Below, piece by piece: positions 27,801 through 63,565 of a DNA stretch of 64,000 nt. The DNA comes from Phoronis australis (lineage: Eukaryota > Animalia > Phoronida), in NCBI GenBank assembly GCA_002633005.1, contig NMRA01000120.1:497940-561939 (forward strand). Direction: 5' to 3'. Position 1 is the first letter of the stretch; each line of letters starts with the position of its first letter. A program made the position numbers and the translations under genes. Below the pieces are notes generated by a model, which was given only the letters and a program-made list of their open reading frames with translations, was not told the origin of the DNA and ran no database searches.

Positions 27801-30800
27801 TTTGAACATAATATGCTGGTGAAATGCCACTTCACAAAATTTTTCAGAAAATGGATCGTATAAAGGCAATAACCCATATCACTATAGCTACCAAATTTGC
27901 CTACAGTAAATTTTGGAAGTCGTATGGTAGAATCGAAACTACCAGATGTTACGTTGTTTAAGTCATTTGGCTTGAAAAACTGGTGAAACAAAACTCGTTT
28001 GATAAAAGTCACCTGGGTTCATAATGCAGCTCTTGTGCAGCTCTTGACTGTCTCACTCTACCTGGCTAACTGACTCTTAAAAATTTGTCACTACCTACAG
28101 CATGGGAACCTGGGGTTACCATGGTAACAAGGGATTAAAATTTTAGGCAGATGACTAACTGACCACTACAGATTACATGGCTATATGAATATTAACAGGA
28201 GGACAGAACCCATTGGAGCCAGGTAGTCCCAATAATAGGTGTTGTTGACCAGTTTACTTCTAGCAGGACTATTGAAATCTCAGGACAAGGAATGTTGGAA
28301 CAATAACCACCACCCATTCACACCCACCACTATTGCATAAGGGTTTTGAGTGACCCTAGAAAAGGTTACAGTAAGAACATGTGAATCTGATTACAGGCTA
28401 AGTTCCATGGTTCAATTCAAATTGAATGACAATGCTTGAAATATGGCCAATATTTCTTTAACAGTGGAAGTCAGTTTTCACTAAAATAATCTCTTTAAAA
28501 TCGAAATAATTGAAACCTTGGATCAAAATTTAAATGTTAGGCATACTTTCAATCCGAAATTGAAAAATGAAATAACAACCGAAACAGCATTTGAAGCTTG
28601 CCATCCCAATCCCTGTACCTCTAGACAACATTAACTCATGCACACGACAGGCGACGGCCTTCACGTCATATCTGCAATTCGTGCCATGATAAATTAGGCA
28701 CCTATGCATTGTTTTAATCAGACTTACAGTTAAATTTGTCACCTTTTAGACTTCAGTAACTGACGTACTTTGTGTTCCCATATTGTTACTGGCCATTTTG
28801 CCCAACCCAAACCAAACATGGCTAATTAATGACCTGAGGTGAAATTTACTTCCTCCAGTAAAGGCAACTGAACCCCAAGATAGTGGCAAATTATTAGCGA
28901 AGTGTGGATAAAGTTGGTAACAGTAGTAGACTAACATAAAATTTCATAACATAACTGCAGCTTCATTCCAGGTTTCAACCATAACAAGTCACATCAAAGC
29001 CACTAATTCACAAAACTTGCGATCCACCAATGAGCAACTATAGATATCCATAGGTAGTGCTAATGAATAATTGAGGTTCCGCTTTTTAGCAACTGAATAG
29101 TTGAGCTAATTGTCCTAATGACTAGCTGAATGTACTACCTGAATGCACGCATATATATCCAAAAAGGTTAACTCACTAGTGCCACCTAGTGACTTTCAAG
29201 TCACCCATAGTAAAATTAAAACATATACAAACTTTCAATCAAAAAGACACACCACCTCACAATCATTTTTACATTAAACACTTACCTGTTAGTAGTGATG
29301 AAGCATTGGAACGATGACTAGAGCATCCTTGTACGGAAGAACATTTCTCCTGTGACTTGACATATTTTCACATTTTTCATGTGACCCATCTCTGCGGTGA
29401 CTTTGTGGACATTTAGAGATGACGAATCCAAAGGATAAACAAAAAATGGCTATCCATTTCCAAGTTCTCTGCACACGATGAACAATTCTGACTGGTGCTC
29501 AATAATATTTTGAACAACGACATTCTTCAAGCCGACTCTTACACAATTATTTGGTTTGGATGTTGTGATGCAAAACTTATCCAGATTAAGTCGTTTGTAT
29601 TGCCTTGTAATTGGATCAACAAAATCATTTGGTAAAGGACCACTTTGATGTTCTTGTTTAACCTCCATTCTCTGAGCATGAATTACTTGTCATAATACCC
29701 TCCTTTTCTCTCAACTGGAGAACAGCTTTCTGTAGTTCTGAGCTTGGCTTCCTGACCAGTCGTTTAAGTTGATGAAGATAATTTTCAAACAGAAAAGCTG
29801 AAAACTCATCCAGTGGTCCCTGGTTCTTTACATCATTGGCTACCTGGGTAATTGAATGTGTAATTGGTGTTTACTCGACATGATTGGAAAGTGGGTCAAC
29901 ACGGAAGTCAATCACAGGTGGCCAGTATGCACACGCTCTGGTGAACAACAGCTAAACACAAAACCATGTAGAGTTTTAGCTATTATGTGCATTTTTAGCA
30001 TCATGGCGACATGAAAATATCAGACGAAGCAATGATCGCGTAATGCAGATATGATAGTTGGAGGTGATGTCAACGGCATGAATTCATGTTCCTTAACACA
30101 GGTGTTTGCAGACATAGCAGTTGTAATTAGTGACTAAATGAAACCAAGAGACAATGAGGCTGTGAATAGCAATTTGTAAATATGACGCTAACATGATTAC
30201 CGGTGTATACGCTATTGCATAATTGAGATGATTCTTTCCACTTTGCCACATTTTGTGATCATGTCATTCCGTGTGGGCTGTTCTGACCAGCTAGTGTTGT
30301 ATAAATGTGACATTAATTAAGATCGGGCTCATGACCTTTGACGAAGCAGGTTCCCAGGAACTGTTTCTTAATTTACTAAACTCTGTATGTGTGTCTGTCT
30401 GTCTGTTTACAGGTGCTGGGAGATGAAATTGGACGTGTTCTGAACATGTCCAAGTCAAGTCTGCTAGACACACACCATGGGTCGAGTCTGGCTGAATCCC
30501 AGTTGAGTGCTAGTGTCAGCTCACTGTGGCTGTCGCTTAGCAACAGTGTTGCCCAGCAACAGGTAAGCACAACTTACTGATGGGCAGTCAGTATCAAACA
30601 GTGTTGAAATGTTGCAATTATATTAAAGATGCATAGTCTCATTGAATTGTGAATATGCAAATGAAGTACTAATTTACAAACAACCCCGGGGTCCTCCAGT
30701 GTGCCGAGAATCGAGTTACCATAAATCTCGCGAAAGTCTCGTTTTGCAAGACTATTTTTATGCAAATGAGTGTGGTAATATTTCATCATGACATACAAAC

Positions 30801-33800
30801 CCTCGATGCCGGCCACCACCAACTGAGGTCTAGCTACTTGGCTGACACGTGACCACAGCGAAAGCATTGGTTCTGTAATTTCATTTTGCCGTCAACTTGG
30901 ACAATATTCAACTTCATGCCATTTTGCATCTATGTCATTGCAAATTCTAGATATTGGCACACACGGCTTGCCCACATTTCTCAGGACGACACGGGAATCC
31001 CTGGGAAACCCCCATAGCATTGTCGTTAACCTAATGAAAAAAGACATGGTTTTTATTTGTTTATTTCAAATGATTGCGTAATATTTGGAATTTCTAGGTT
31101 TTTTACATGTTCACACTTATTTTTAAGTGTATCAGTTATGGTGTATTGTTTAAAATCGCAATTCATTTACAAAATAGTGTCTTTTCTTAAGTAGTGACAG
31201 TTCTCCAGGAAGTCAATAGGTAGCACTTGCTACAAATTTAAATATTCACATTTTTAATGAGACATAGTATCTTTAAGGTCTTAATATCTAACTTAGTTGT
31301 TCTTCTTTTGGAAGACCATATTTGCTAGAATTCAACTACTGGGCTGCAGACGAGAACATTGACTCACGCAATGGTCCAGCTGTGAATGGCTAGTTTTGTG
31401 CCCATTACTGGTGTGCATAAGAGATGACCTGTGAAAAGACCTCCCTGTTCTTATCAATGGGTTGTTAATGCTTCACTGCATTGGCCAGGTGGGGAAAGAG
31501 AAGAGCTGAAATGTACAGGAGATAGAGCCAGTGGCAATACACAATGCCTGTACTATCTTGTGAGTTTATGTGAACTAATTATTCAACAGTTATGAAGTGT
31601 TATTTTTAATTTTCTTCAGTCCTTATCTGGCCTTGCCATGAAGACGTTTTCTCAGAACATGTTTGAGTTAGCCATGGATTACTTCAAAGATGCTATGCCA
31701 GCTACTAAAGTGTGGAGGAAGAAAAGCAACCAAGGTACCAAAATTCCTGGTTGAATTTAGGCTCTTGTCACAAACCAGCTTATGAAGAAACCGTAATGTA
31801 CTAAGATTCAAAACAGTCCTCAGTGAGGACCTACCTTGACATATCATTGCATTGGAATCTTGTTTTGTAGCATAAGTGTCTAGTCAGTGGTGGCTTGAGA
31901 TTTTAAGGTTTTGTAGGACCCTCGAAAAATGGCCAAATTTGGCAAACTTCGGAACATCATATCTCAGAAAAGACTGATTGGATTCGTATGAAATTAGAAT
32001 TGTTTTGAAAGGATTCCACTTGTGCATGAAGGGGCTATCCAAAAATAGCACTTGGTGATTTTTATGGAAAAAATCAAAGTTGCAAGAAACGAAAACGAAA
32101 TGATGTAGAAAACTGTAATGGCGTTATTGACCCGTCATCTTGAACAATCATATACGTCGAAGAAAATTTGACACCGTTGTTTTGCTATGGATTTACCTGT
32201 CTTGTTTACAAGGCATGGTGACATGATCAAGATTAAGCAGATTGGTATAAATTCAGAAATCAAATTCTATTGTCTCTTTCCACTTTCAGAAACTTTTACT
32301 GAGTTAAAATCTATAGTTTTATAAACATATGGCTGAATACACAGATACGTGATTAAAGTTCTACATATTAAACTTAGCCTTCACCGCTCTTGTGACATCA
32401 TAACAATCAGAATCTCAGTTTCAGTTCACCTTGAATATTCTGTAAACCTTGTTTATTAATGAGATGTTTGGAACCGTAAAACATGGTTTTACTAGACTCA
32501 ATATTATGTGATGGAGTGCTACACAATTGTTTTTGGGACAACTTCGTTCAAAGTTATCAGTGCGTACTACAAAACCTTAGTCTATTCATGAACTTTGTCT
32601 ACTCAGTGAGGGGTTTATTATTTCTGCAGTCTGTAATTGGTCTTCTTGTTCAAGAAAAGTGACACCTGGTGGCTGTGTTGCTTGAAAAATGATATAAAAT
32701 TGCTAGCCGGGGCAACATCACCACCTAATGGAAGTCCTGATTGTAAAGTGTTATAGCCAGAGTGCAAAAGTATCGATGGTCGTATAATGGTAATGTCTAT
32801 TTGCCCAAACTGTCAACATTTTAACTGACAATCAGTTGAAAAGAAAAGCTTTGCCAGCATAAGAATTATAATTTATTTTTGGTATGCAATAGTGACCACT
32901 GTAGACTATTGTGATTTGGTAATTTAGGACGGTCTCATTCATGACCATTCTGTTTGCTAACTTTTGCAGCTTTCCCCACTGAGCCCAGTGAATACGCTGT
33001 GCAGGGAATGGAAGTGATACTGGGACCCATCTTGGATGGGGTCGACAAACTGCAAGCCAGTACACAGATTGGGGTCATTTCCATGGTAACTGTAGTCATG
33101 TGCGATGCTTGGACCGAGTACATCCTGAAGGAAAAGATCAAATTCAGGTGGGAAATAAAAGATCTTGACTAGAGGTGCTGTGAAATGTCAGACAATTTTG
33201 GGTCAGTCTAGTTTTATTAGTTTTTTAGTAGAGTTGACGGTGTCTACTGAGGTACTGTGTTTTGGTCATTACCGGGTATTATCTGGGCTCATGATTTAAT
33301 CTGTGTACTCAGAAACGAACTCTAAATTATTTTTGTGCTCTTAGCACACTTTGGCTTATGCATGCAATTGTCAAGTCCAAGTTCACATTTGATGACCTCT
33401 TTGAGTCGAGTTACAAACTCGAGTATAATCTTGAAATTTAGACTCAAACTTTCAGCATTTAATGATTCAGTCATCAAGTGCAAAATAGGATTAGACAACT
33501 ATTCACGCAAGCCAATATGTAGTGATGTAATGCACTTAATTTCTCACAAATTAAACTAATTTTCTGTTTTATTTCAAGTCAAAAGATTAGACCTCTGGCC
33601 TTGACCCCAGGGCCCTGGCCCTCGGGCCTGGCTTAAGCTTGCTAATCCATGCACAAGACAGACAAGAGTCTGTAATGGATAGGGTGTGAAAATGCTTCAG
33701 TTATGAATTTGTGTTTCTTTGTTAACTAAGAGTAAATATTCTGCAGCCAAGGATACAAACTGGGATTTCACTTGTCAAATGTCAAGATGTTCTGGTACCT

Positions 33801-34942
33801 AGGTTTGTGCTATGCAGCTGGTGTCAAACTAAGTTTGATAAAGTATTGGAATTGACAGCCTTTGAGAAATAACTATTGTGCAATTATCTTTTTACCAAAA
33901 GTGAAGGTGCTGTTGCCATCATGGTGTCACAGCTTGATGATAGTGTATGGTAAACTGTTCAAATTTGCATTAACTAATTGTCAAAACTATCATTTTCTGA
34001 ATTAGTCTTCCGTAAGTATTAATTTTCTTTTAGTCTTTATGGGGCCCATCAGCTGTCGCTTGACTTTGGTTTTATCAAGACTTACCTCAGCGAGTATGTG
34101 GGCGAGGCTGATGCCAGACACAGCGTGCTATCTCTGGAGGTGTTCAAGTATCTGGCTGGGGTTATCCAGTTACTGAAGAGACAGCCACGTCCCCGGTCTA
34201 GGGTTGCGAACTCTAGAGAAGAGACAGGTAAGGAAATGCTGCCAATCGAAAAAATCTCTAAGTATCAGCATAGCCAGAGAAGTATTGAACAATGAGGTTC
34301 TAATGTAACGGATCACTAGATTTCATGCAAACTTGAGGGCTTTTAATCGTAACTTTTTTACTGTGTAACGGAAGGGGTCATAGATCCATTTGGACACTGT
34401 TTATGCCAGTATCATCAGGCTCTGTTTAGGAGTCTCTTGCCTGCCACCTGTTGGTCACAATGTGTAAACTATTTCAAGTCGGTGAAGATTTCTATGCCAA
34501 CCATGGGCCGAAACTATAATTCGCGCATCTGGGCAGATTTCAGAGTCTTGGTACAGAAAGATCTTTTCAGACTTGAAATCGAATTTCTATCGATTTTAAC
34601 AACAGTTGAGAACAGCAGGCAAGAAGAGAAATATTATCTAGTTTAATTACTATGTTAATTTAATTTAGTGTGATCATTATCACCTGTTAAATGACATTTA
34701 AACAGTTGATGGTAAATTTAAAAGTTTTGCTCACAGAATTCAGCGAGAGTACAGGAAGCATTGACCACCTGAGTGGCTCGTTAGCTCTGAGCGCCTCTGA
34801 TGACCTTGAGGGTAGTAACGATGATCTCCACCAGGAGCCCCACCAAGTGAGCAACTCTTGTGATTGGTTGGCTCTCCGTGTGCATGGCGGGCAGCGAACG
34901 TGGCGTCTGCCATCGTGTTTTCCTACCGCAGCAGAGAACTAA
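14164..34942 (+). CDS. CCDC142: CCDC142-like gene (coiled-coil domain-containing 142), complete spliced CDS, 9 coding exons, 3003 nt / 1000 aa
   Basis: Exons 14164-15889, 16742-16828, 18286-18462, 21899-22068, 30413-30562, 31620-31734, 32970-33147, 34034-34227, 34737-34942. All introns are GT-AG and the phases (1,1,1,0,0,1,2,1) join into one open frame. The C-terminal motifs MPxxKVWR, PTEPSEYA, DAWTEYIL..KIKFSLYGAHQLSLDF and DWLALR..WRLP match my recollection of vertebrate CCDC142 (PSAPSEYA, GAWLDHIL..IRFSLQGALQLKQDF, AWLALR..WHLP). Confidence 0.88.
16742..16828 (+). CDS. CCDC142: CCDC142 exon 2 (DLFPAGAD...AAWEA)
   Basis: ttctcgacag| ... GCAG|gtacga; 87 nt, phase 1-1. Confidence 0.8.
17632..17765. 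repeat. 17-bp minisatellite, about 8 copies (ATATTTAGGTCCCTTCA)
   Basis: The aggtcc core or a variant of it recurs at 17641, 17658, 17675, 17692, 17709, 17726, 17743 and 17760. Confidence 0.9.
18286..18462 (+). CDS. CCDC142: CCDC142 exon 3 (GICSAVSSKAVDRC...SPGK)
   Basis: tttgttggcag| ... AAAG|gtaagg; 177 nt, phase 1-1. Confidence 0.85.
19854..20236. other. Assembly gap (383 N) in CCDC142 intron 3
   Basis: Run of N. Confidence 0.99.
21899..22068 (+). CDS. CCDC142: CCDC142 exon 4 (GGASPSRL...FLLVVQSDLK)
   Basis: ctcttgcag| ... AAAG|gtaaat; 170 nt, phase 1-0. Confidence 0.85.
23979..27002 (-). pseudogene. Spliced DUF4806-like transposon accessory gene remnant (at least 4 exons)
   Basis: Exons 27002-26793 (YIVTVFTKDNEVAFVPYTWL..YWAP..PDPSSWKLYSVKVLGTC), 26226-26136 (TYAEGRQKARRAEETLDIQTDTED), about 25396-25203 (Ser/Lys/Pro-rich; acceptor reads AA instead of AG) and 24165-23979 (LTEVGGETVKETIRHAMKFLMANSLAKTFNRAGR..KKAFGKLAL). 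The phase mismatch between the last two implies a missing or unrecognised exon. Confidence 0.65.
24281..24360. repeat. Perfect 36-bp direct repeat x2 separated by 8 nt
   Basis: gattggatttgaccaccagcaagaacactgaactta at 24281-24316 and 24325-24360. Confidence 0.92.
29289..29846 (-). pseudogene. EnSpm/CMC-like transposase C-terminal remnant
   Basis: Reads VANDVKNQGPLDEFSAFLFENYLHQLKRLVRKPSSELQK, then a frameshift, KQEHQSGPLP..RQYK..NNCV..VQNI, an in-frame TAG at 29452-29450, PFFVYPLDSSSLNVHKV, another frameshift, and VLPYKDALVIVPMLHHY*. The GPLDxFSAFxFENYL motif is typical of these transposases. Confidence 0.72.
30413..30562 (+). CDS. CCDC142: CCDC142 exon 5 (VLGDEIGR...VAQQQ)
   Basis: ctgtttacag| ... 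CAG|gtaagc; 150 nt, phase 0-0. Confidence 0.85.
31620..31734 (+). CDS. CCDC142: CCDC142 exon 6 (SLSGLAMKTFSQ...MPATKVWRKKSNQ); not in the ORF track
   Basis: ttttcttcag| ... CAAG|gtacca; 115 nt, phase 0-1. Confidence 0.85.
32970..33147 (+). CDS. CCDC142: CCDC142 exon 7 (FPTEPSEYA...KEKIKF)
   Basis: cttttgcag| ... TCAG|gtggga; 178 nt, phase 1-2. Confidence 0.9.
34034..34227 (+). CDS. CCDC142: CCDC142 exon 8 (SLYGAHQLSLDF...REET)
   Basis: ttcttttag| ... ACAG|gtaagg; 194 nt, phase 2-1. Confidence 0.9.
34737..34942 (+). CDS. CCDC142: CCDC142 exon 9, terminal (EFSEST...WLALRVHGGQRTWRLPSCFPTAAEN*)
   Basis: tttgctcacag|; 206 nt to TAA at 34940-34942. Confidence 0.88.
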
Positions 34943-35259
34943 GTGCAAACTTCTAATATATTTACGAGCGATTCAGAACAATATGAATGCACTTTCTAAC
35001 CATTATTCTTATGCTTAGAGAAGGTTCAGGTGTCCTATACACAATCTTCACAATTGTCATTGCAAATATGTCACTGGACCACATCTAAGTGAACACATTC
35101 TAGAGTAAAGATTACATATTGATAATAGATTTGTTGCATAGTATTGTTGCTCAGCTGAGTGAACTTTTAGTCCTAATTTTCCTGCCAGTGTTTTAAATGG
35201 TTTGTTAGTACTCTCTTAACTATGAAAGTAGGAAGGGATTATCTGGAATTTTCAATTTC

Positions 35260-35885
35260 TAAGGGCTCACAACTTATCAGAGCTTTGATTAGAATTTTTT
35301 AAAACAACTTTTGAACTATTAATAGTAGACCCATAGAACTCTATGTTATTAAAATCATCGAGTATCACAGGATCTTATTGTTTGCGTAAAAACAATGTTC
35401 AGACATTCATGATCAGGTGTCTGCATTTTTTCTAAAAAAATTGGAGATGGCTCTTTTTTCAATAAACTTATTTTTTGCACTTGAAACATGCAAATTGTTT
35501 CTTTGTTCTATGAGGTACAAAACCATGTCTGGGATTTCCTTTTAAGGTCTCTTAGTCCAAGAAATCTGATGTCAAGAATCAAGACGTCAACATTTTTGAA
35601 GAAACTGAAGTCTTGATTTTTGACGTTGGATTTCTCGGGCTAAGAATCTTTAAAAGAAAATCACACAAACTGTGTGTTGTAGAACAAAAAAAAAACAGAA
35701 TTTGCAAGTTTCGAGCAAAAAAATGCAGTCATGTGATAACAAACCTCTGAACATTGCACAAAATGAGGTTTTCTGATTCCCAAGGATTTTTAAAACAATT
35801 ATAGTTTTATGGGTTTACTATTAATAGTTGAAGTTATTTTAAAATTAAAAAAAATCTTTGGTAATGAAGGTAGACAGTGACCCTA
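35260..35885. repeat. About 625-bp fold-back element downstream of the CCDC142 stop
   Basis: aactattaatagtagacccatagaact pairs with agttttatgggtttactattaatagtt. Inner arms tcttagtccaagaaatctgatgtcaagaatcaagac / gtcttgatttttgacgttggatttctcgggctaaga flank a short loop near 35600. Confidence 0.75.
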
Positions 35886-38800
35886 AATTATTTTTGGCAG
35901 TCAACTAATCTGCAGATGATTTTTTCACGTTTTAGACAATTTCAAAAGCGCACAATGACTGTTTGTCTCTCTAGCATTGTTTTAGTGAAATGATAATAGA
36001 AAGTTCTTAAAATCGTATGCAGTTTACACCGCATTGACGTATTTTGATGAATTTTTTGTGTCTCAGTGTCATATTGTCTTGTTTGAATTTTCCATTGTAC
36101 TAAGATTATAGGAATACATCGATAGGTTCATTAGAGTTTAGAGAATTAGGTAGTCTGTAGTTAGTTTTGATATTATGTTATACTAAATGCATAAAATCAT
36201 AAATACTTAGAACACAACACTTTGTTTAAATTATTACCAAATATAATCTACTTTTAAGTGAAATCGTAACATTTTCTTAGCAACTGTTTTAGTCACTGTA
36301 GGTTGATTTCCTTTCTTCTGCTTGCGCATAAGGATTGCAGTAAAATTTGCATAAGGCAGAGGACATTGTTTGTCGGATATTCACTAAAAAGTTCCACGAT
36401 GGTTGTTCTTGTTCACACAATTGACTGATCAGATATGTGATGGACCACCTTACACGAAAGAAACAAAATCTCTTGGGTGAAGTTTGATCCGATTTATGCT
36501 CGTTTTTTCTGTATTATTTGTTGTATTGTAGTTTTATTAACTTATTTATTTACAAGTAATTGTGAAATGAATTAAGAACATTTGGTTTCATACAAATGCA
36601 CCGTTGTCATTCGTATCGTTTTGCATTGTTTTATCCACTGTTTATAACAGGTGTCTTTATTGGACAGCCAGATTACTGTACGAAACTCATCACTCTATTA
36701 TCGCATTTTTGAGATTATTTTTATGAAGCTCTAGTAGTTTTAGTCCATGACAAATAAATATTGCGTTTTGATTTTCTTTGAACCTTACCCTTGTTTCCTG
36801 TCTTGCAAGACTATGTAATATATTTGACTGATTTAACACTGTTGTTAACACTCTGTTATTCTGAACTGCAGTAAAATCTCACCAATTTTTGACAAAAATA
36901 AGACAAGTGTTAATTTTGCCTTTTTCATTTTTCAAGGGTTTCTAACATTGTAGTTGTAAATGCCCACAACTTCTAAAGGCATTGTCAGATGGTACCTATG
37001 GTAACAGAACTTGAATATTGAAACCCATTAATTTTGTACTATTCAACTTTCATGGAGAAATGATTAGGTGAAATTTCATAACATCTTCAACAGACCAATT
37101 GAATTAAAGTAAATCAACAAGCTTCTTTCTGTGTACTCATATAATTTGTGAATTGTGGTAACAACAATTACAACAAACTAATATGTCAAAGTTTTTGGAG
37201 AACATCAAAAATACGGTAAATTGTAAAGCTGCATTTCACCGTGTTTAGCTGGCTAAAAACTGAAAATTAATTTGTCCCTTGTCACAAATTGTACTTGCTA
37301 TGATAGAACTTTCTGTTACCAAGAACATGCACTGAAATCCACAACAGATCAAAAACCTGACGCAAAATCCTTGGTGTTATTGGGGTAGACCAACCCCAAA
37401 AATTACTCTCCGAGAATAACAAATAGGTCAGTCATGTAACAACATTGACCATTTCCACGAGTACACAAAACTGATGATTTGAGTTGACCCGGTTACTTAG
37501 CTGTGTTGCTTTCTTCATGTGAGGGCCCTCTTGGAAAGCAGTGCTATCACTGAAGAGGCCACCCTCATTTTAAATATCACAATTATAATAAATAAATAAA
37601 TAGACAGATGGTGTGAGTTGAAGGAGAGAAAATTGACCGAAAGTATTCTGTTGTCCTGGCACGTCTGCAGTATTTAGCGCTTCACATACTGACTCATTGA
37701 ACATCAATTTAGGGTTGTTGGACACAGTAATGCTTTTCAACACAGAAACTTTGGTTAAGAACTCGAAATATTAAAGATGCAGCTGAACAGGATAAAATGC
37801 AGCTAAGCTTTAAAGTCCAAGAAATTGACGTAAGATTTACCTCGTATACATTTATCAATTCCACGCTGGAGTAAGGTTTCAAATTTCATGGAATGCAACT
37901 TAAAAATGTTCATGCTACATCTCTTCAACTTTGGGGATCTCAAGGACAACTGATAAAGAGAAAAAAGAATGCAAAAAGGCGAGCTAAATTATGATATGAA
38001 GAGATAGTAACACAACTTAATACAGTGACAAAACCAGAAGTAACAACGGATACAATTGCCCAATTCAAACTGTTTAAGATGTTGACATATATAAAATTTG
38101 ACATGACCAATTTTAAACATGGCATAGTCTTCATACGACCACAGGTGCTAGAGAGGCAATATTTCAAAATCAAAAATTCACCACTAATATATTGTTACAT
38201 AGTAGCAGCAGTAGTGGTAGCAGTATTTGGAACATGGCATCTCCTGTGATAAATAGAGTACAAATTAACGATCACAGACGAAATGAGTGGTATTACAAAA
38301 CCAATACAACAAAATAAAAGGAATTCAAAATATTGCACAAAATGTTCACATTTGTATTGGCAATGAGCCAACAAATATGATAATTGGTGAATCCAAAATA
38401 ATACAACTAAGGAAATACTTCCAATTCATTAACTTGATTCATTCATCTTGATTATTATAATTAACTTTGAGATTTGTAACATCAAAGTGAAATAAAAAAG
38501 CCTTTTTCATAGCTTATTTAAAAGCTATTGTCTGCAAAATAACTGGCTGGGACTAGTCTGTCAGTTGACTAGCTTAATTTGTACTTCCGTAATTTCAAAT
38601 GCTGAATGACTAATAACATTCCTACAATGTAAATATTACATTCATAATCCGGAAGCAATAAGACATTTTTTGTCATAAAATATGTTGGGTTATGATAAGT
38701 GCGTAAAATTTTTGACAAAGCTTCCGTTTCAAAAAGTGAAGTACGATCTTTGGCGGACAAATGACAGGTTAAGAAATCACAGTGACTGGCTGTCTAAACT

Positions 38801-40017
38801 TGCACGATGTAGCTATCACGTGTCATCATTCAACAGAGGCGCTAACATCAGTTCTTTGAATCATCAAAGATCTAACACCATTTAATGAGATCACTGTTGT
38901 AACTGGCTTGAATAATTTTTTCGCAATTGTCTGGTTTCAGGTTTAAATGATTGTAAACATTTTACAATCACTTTAGTGAAGAGTCTAACAAAAATGTAAA
39001 TCTGAAGCCTGAAAAATGATGTGAATAAATAACTTCATCATAAATAACATAAGCATAAAGCATCGTTTGATTTGGAGAACTCCCAAACTATATCCACTCA
39101 CAGTCATGAACCACCGTGATATCACCTTAGATATATATCACAAATGTGCATTTAATAAGCACACTTTCAATTCTTAAAAAACAACATGGTTTTCACAAAA
39201 TAATCTTTCATCTACATAGTAAACAGTAAACGCTTAAAGTGGCAACTGACAAATCCACCTTCTGTAACAAAAATTCACTTGTGATTAAGACCAATTACCA
39301 CAACTATGAAATTTGTCTTAAATTGTCCATAAGTCAACTTAGAGAGGGCATACTGCACTGAACAGGCAAAGTTGTTAGTGCTTTAGGCCCGGCTCTTCAC
39401 GTTGGCTTGTCACCGCGAATAATTTTATCAGCCAAACGTAGGTTTTGAGGCTCAGAAACCACATCTCGCATAAATTAGAAACAACACGAGATCAGTTTTA
39501 GTACAGCATGTGGCCTATAACAAAATTTACCTTTTTTCACATAATGTGGGTTCATGGGCACTTTTAAATCATAAGTATTTTGATCATAAATAGATAAATT
39601 GCTTTAAAAATATACTTCCAAGAACAACAGTATCCCAATAATACAAATAAACAAAGCCAATGATTGAATCCACAATTGTCCAATTCCAAATACAATGAAC
39701 TCTGGAAAACTGCTTTCATCACAGGAACTGAATTCAGCTCCCCCTGGCCCACTACGTGAACACTAGAACTGTATTTAGTGATAGGACAGATATAGGTTAC
39801 TTGAAATTTCAATCTGTATGACATCTTTGTTTCAGTAAAGTGTAATTATGACGTTTAATTCAGATTCTTCAGTAACTAGGAATGCCACATAGCACAAATT
39901 CTTCATGGAATACAATATTCAGGGGTGCGTTTCTCAGGATCTATGTTGGTGCCATATTTCCCCTTAGTCATGGCAACAGAGGTGAATACAGGTGAGTGGA
40001 GTTCAGTGTAGAGGGCT

Positions 40018-63565
<23,548 letters not shown>

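Larger units (their letters stand above)
23979..29846 (-). mobile_element. Decayed CMC/EnSpm(CACTA)-like DNA transposon nested antisense in CCDC142 intron 4; true ends not identified
   Basis: A transposase C-terminal remnant is followed on the same strand by a spliced DUF4806-like gene. I recall this two-gene layout from animal EnSpm-like elements. Confidence 0.65.

Noticed and set aside
29839-29850. CCCAGGTAGC as the terminal inverted repeat of the EnSpm-like element
   Set aside because: It resembles animal EnSpm ends, but I could not find the matching opposite terminus, and it overlaps the transposase reading frame.
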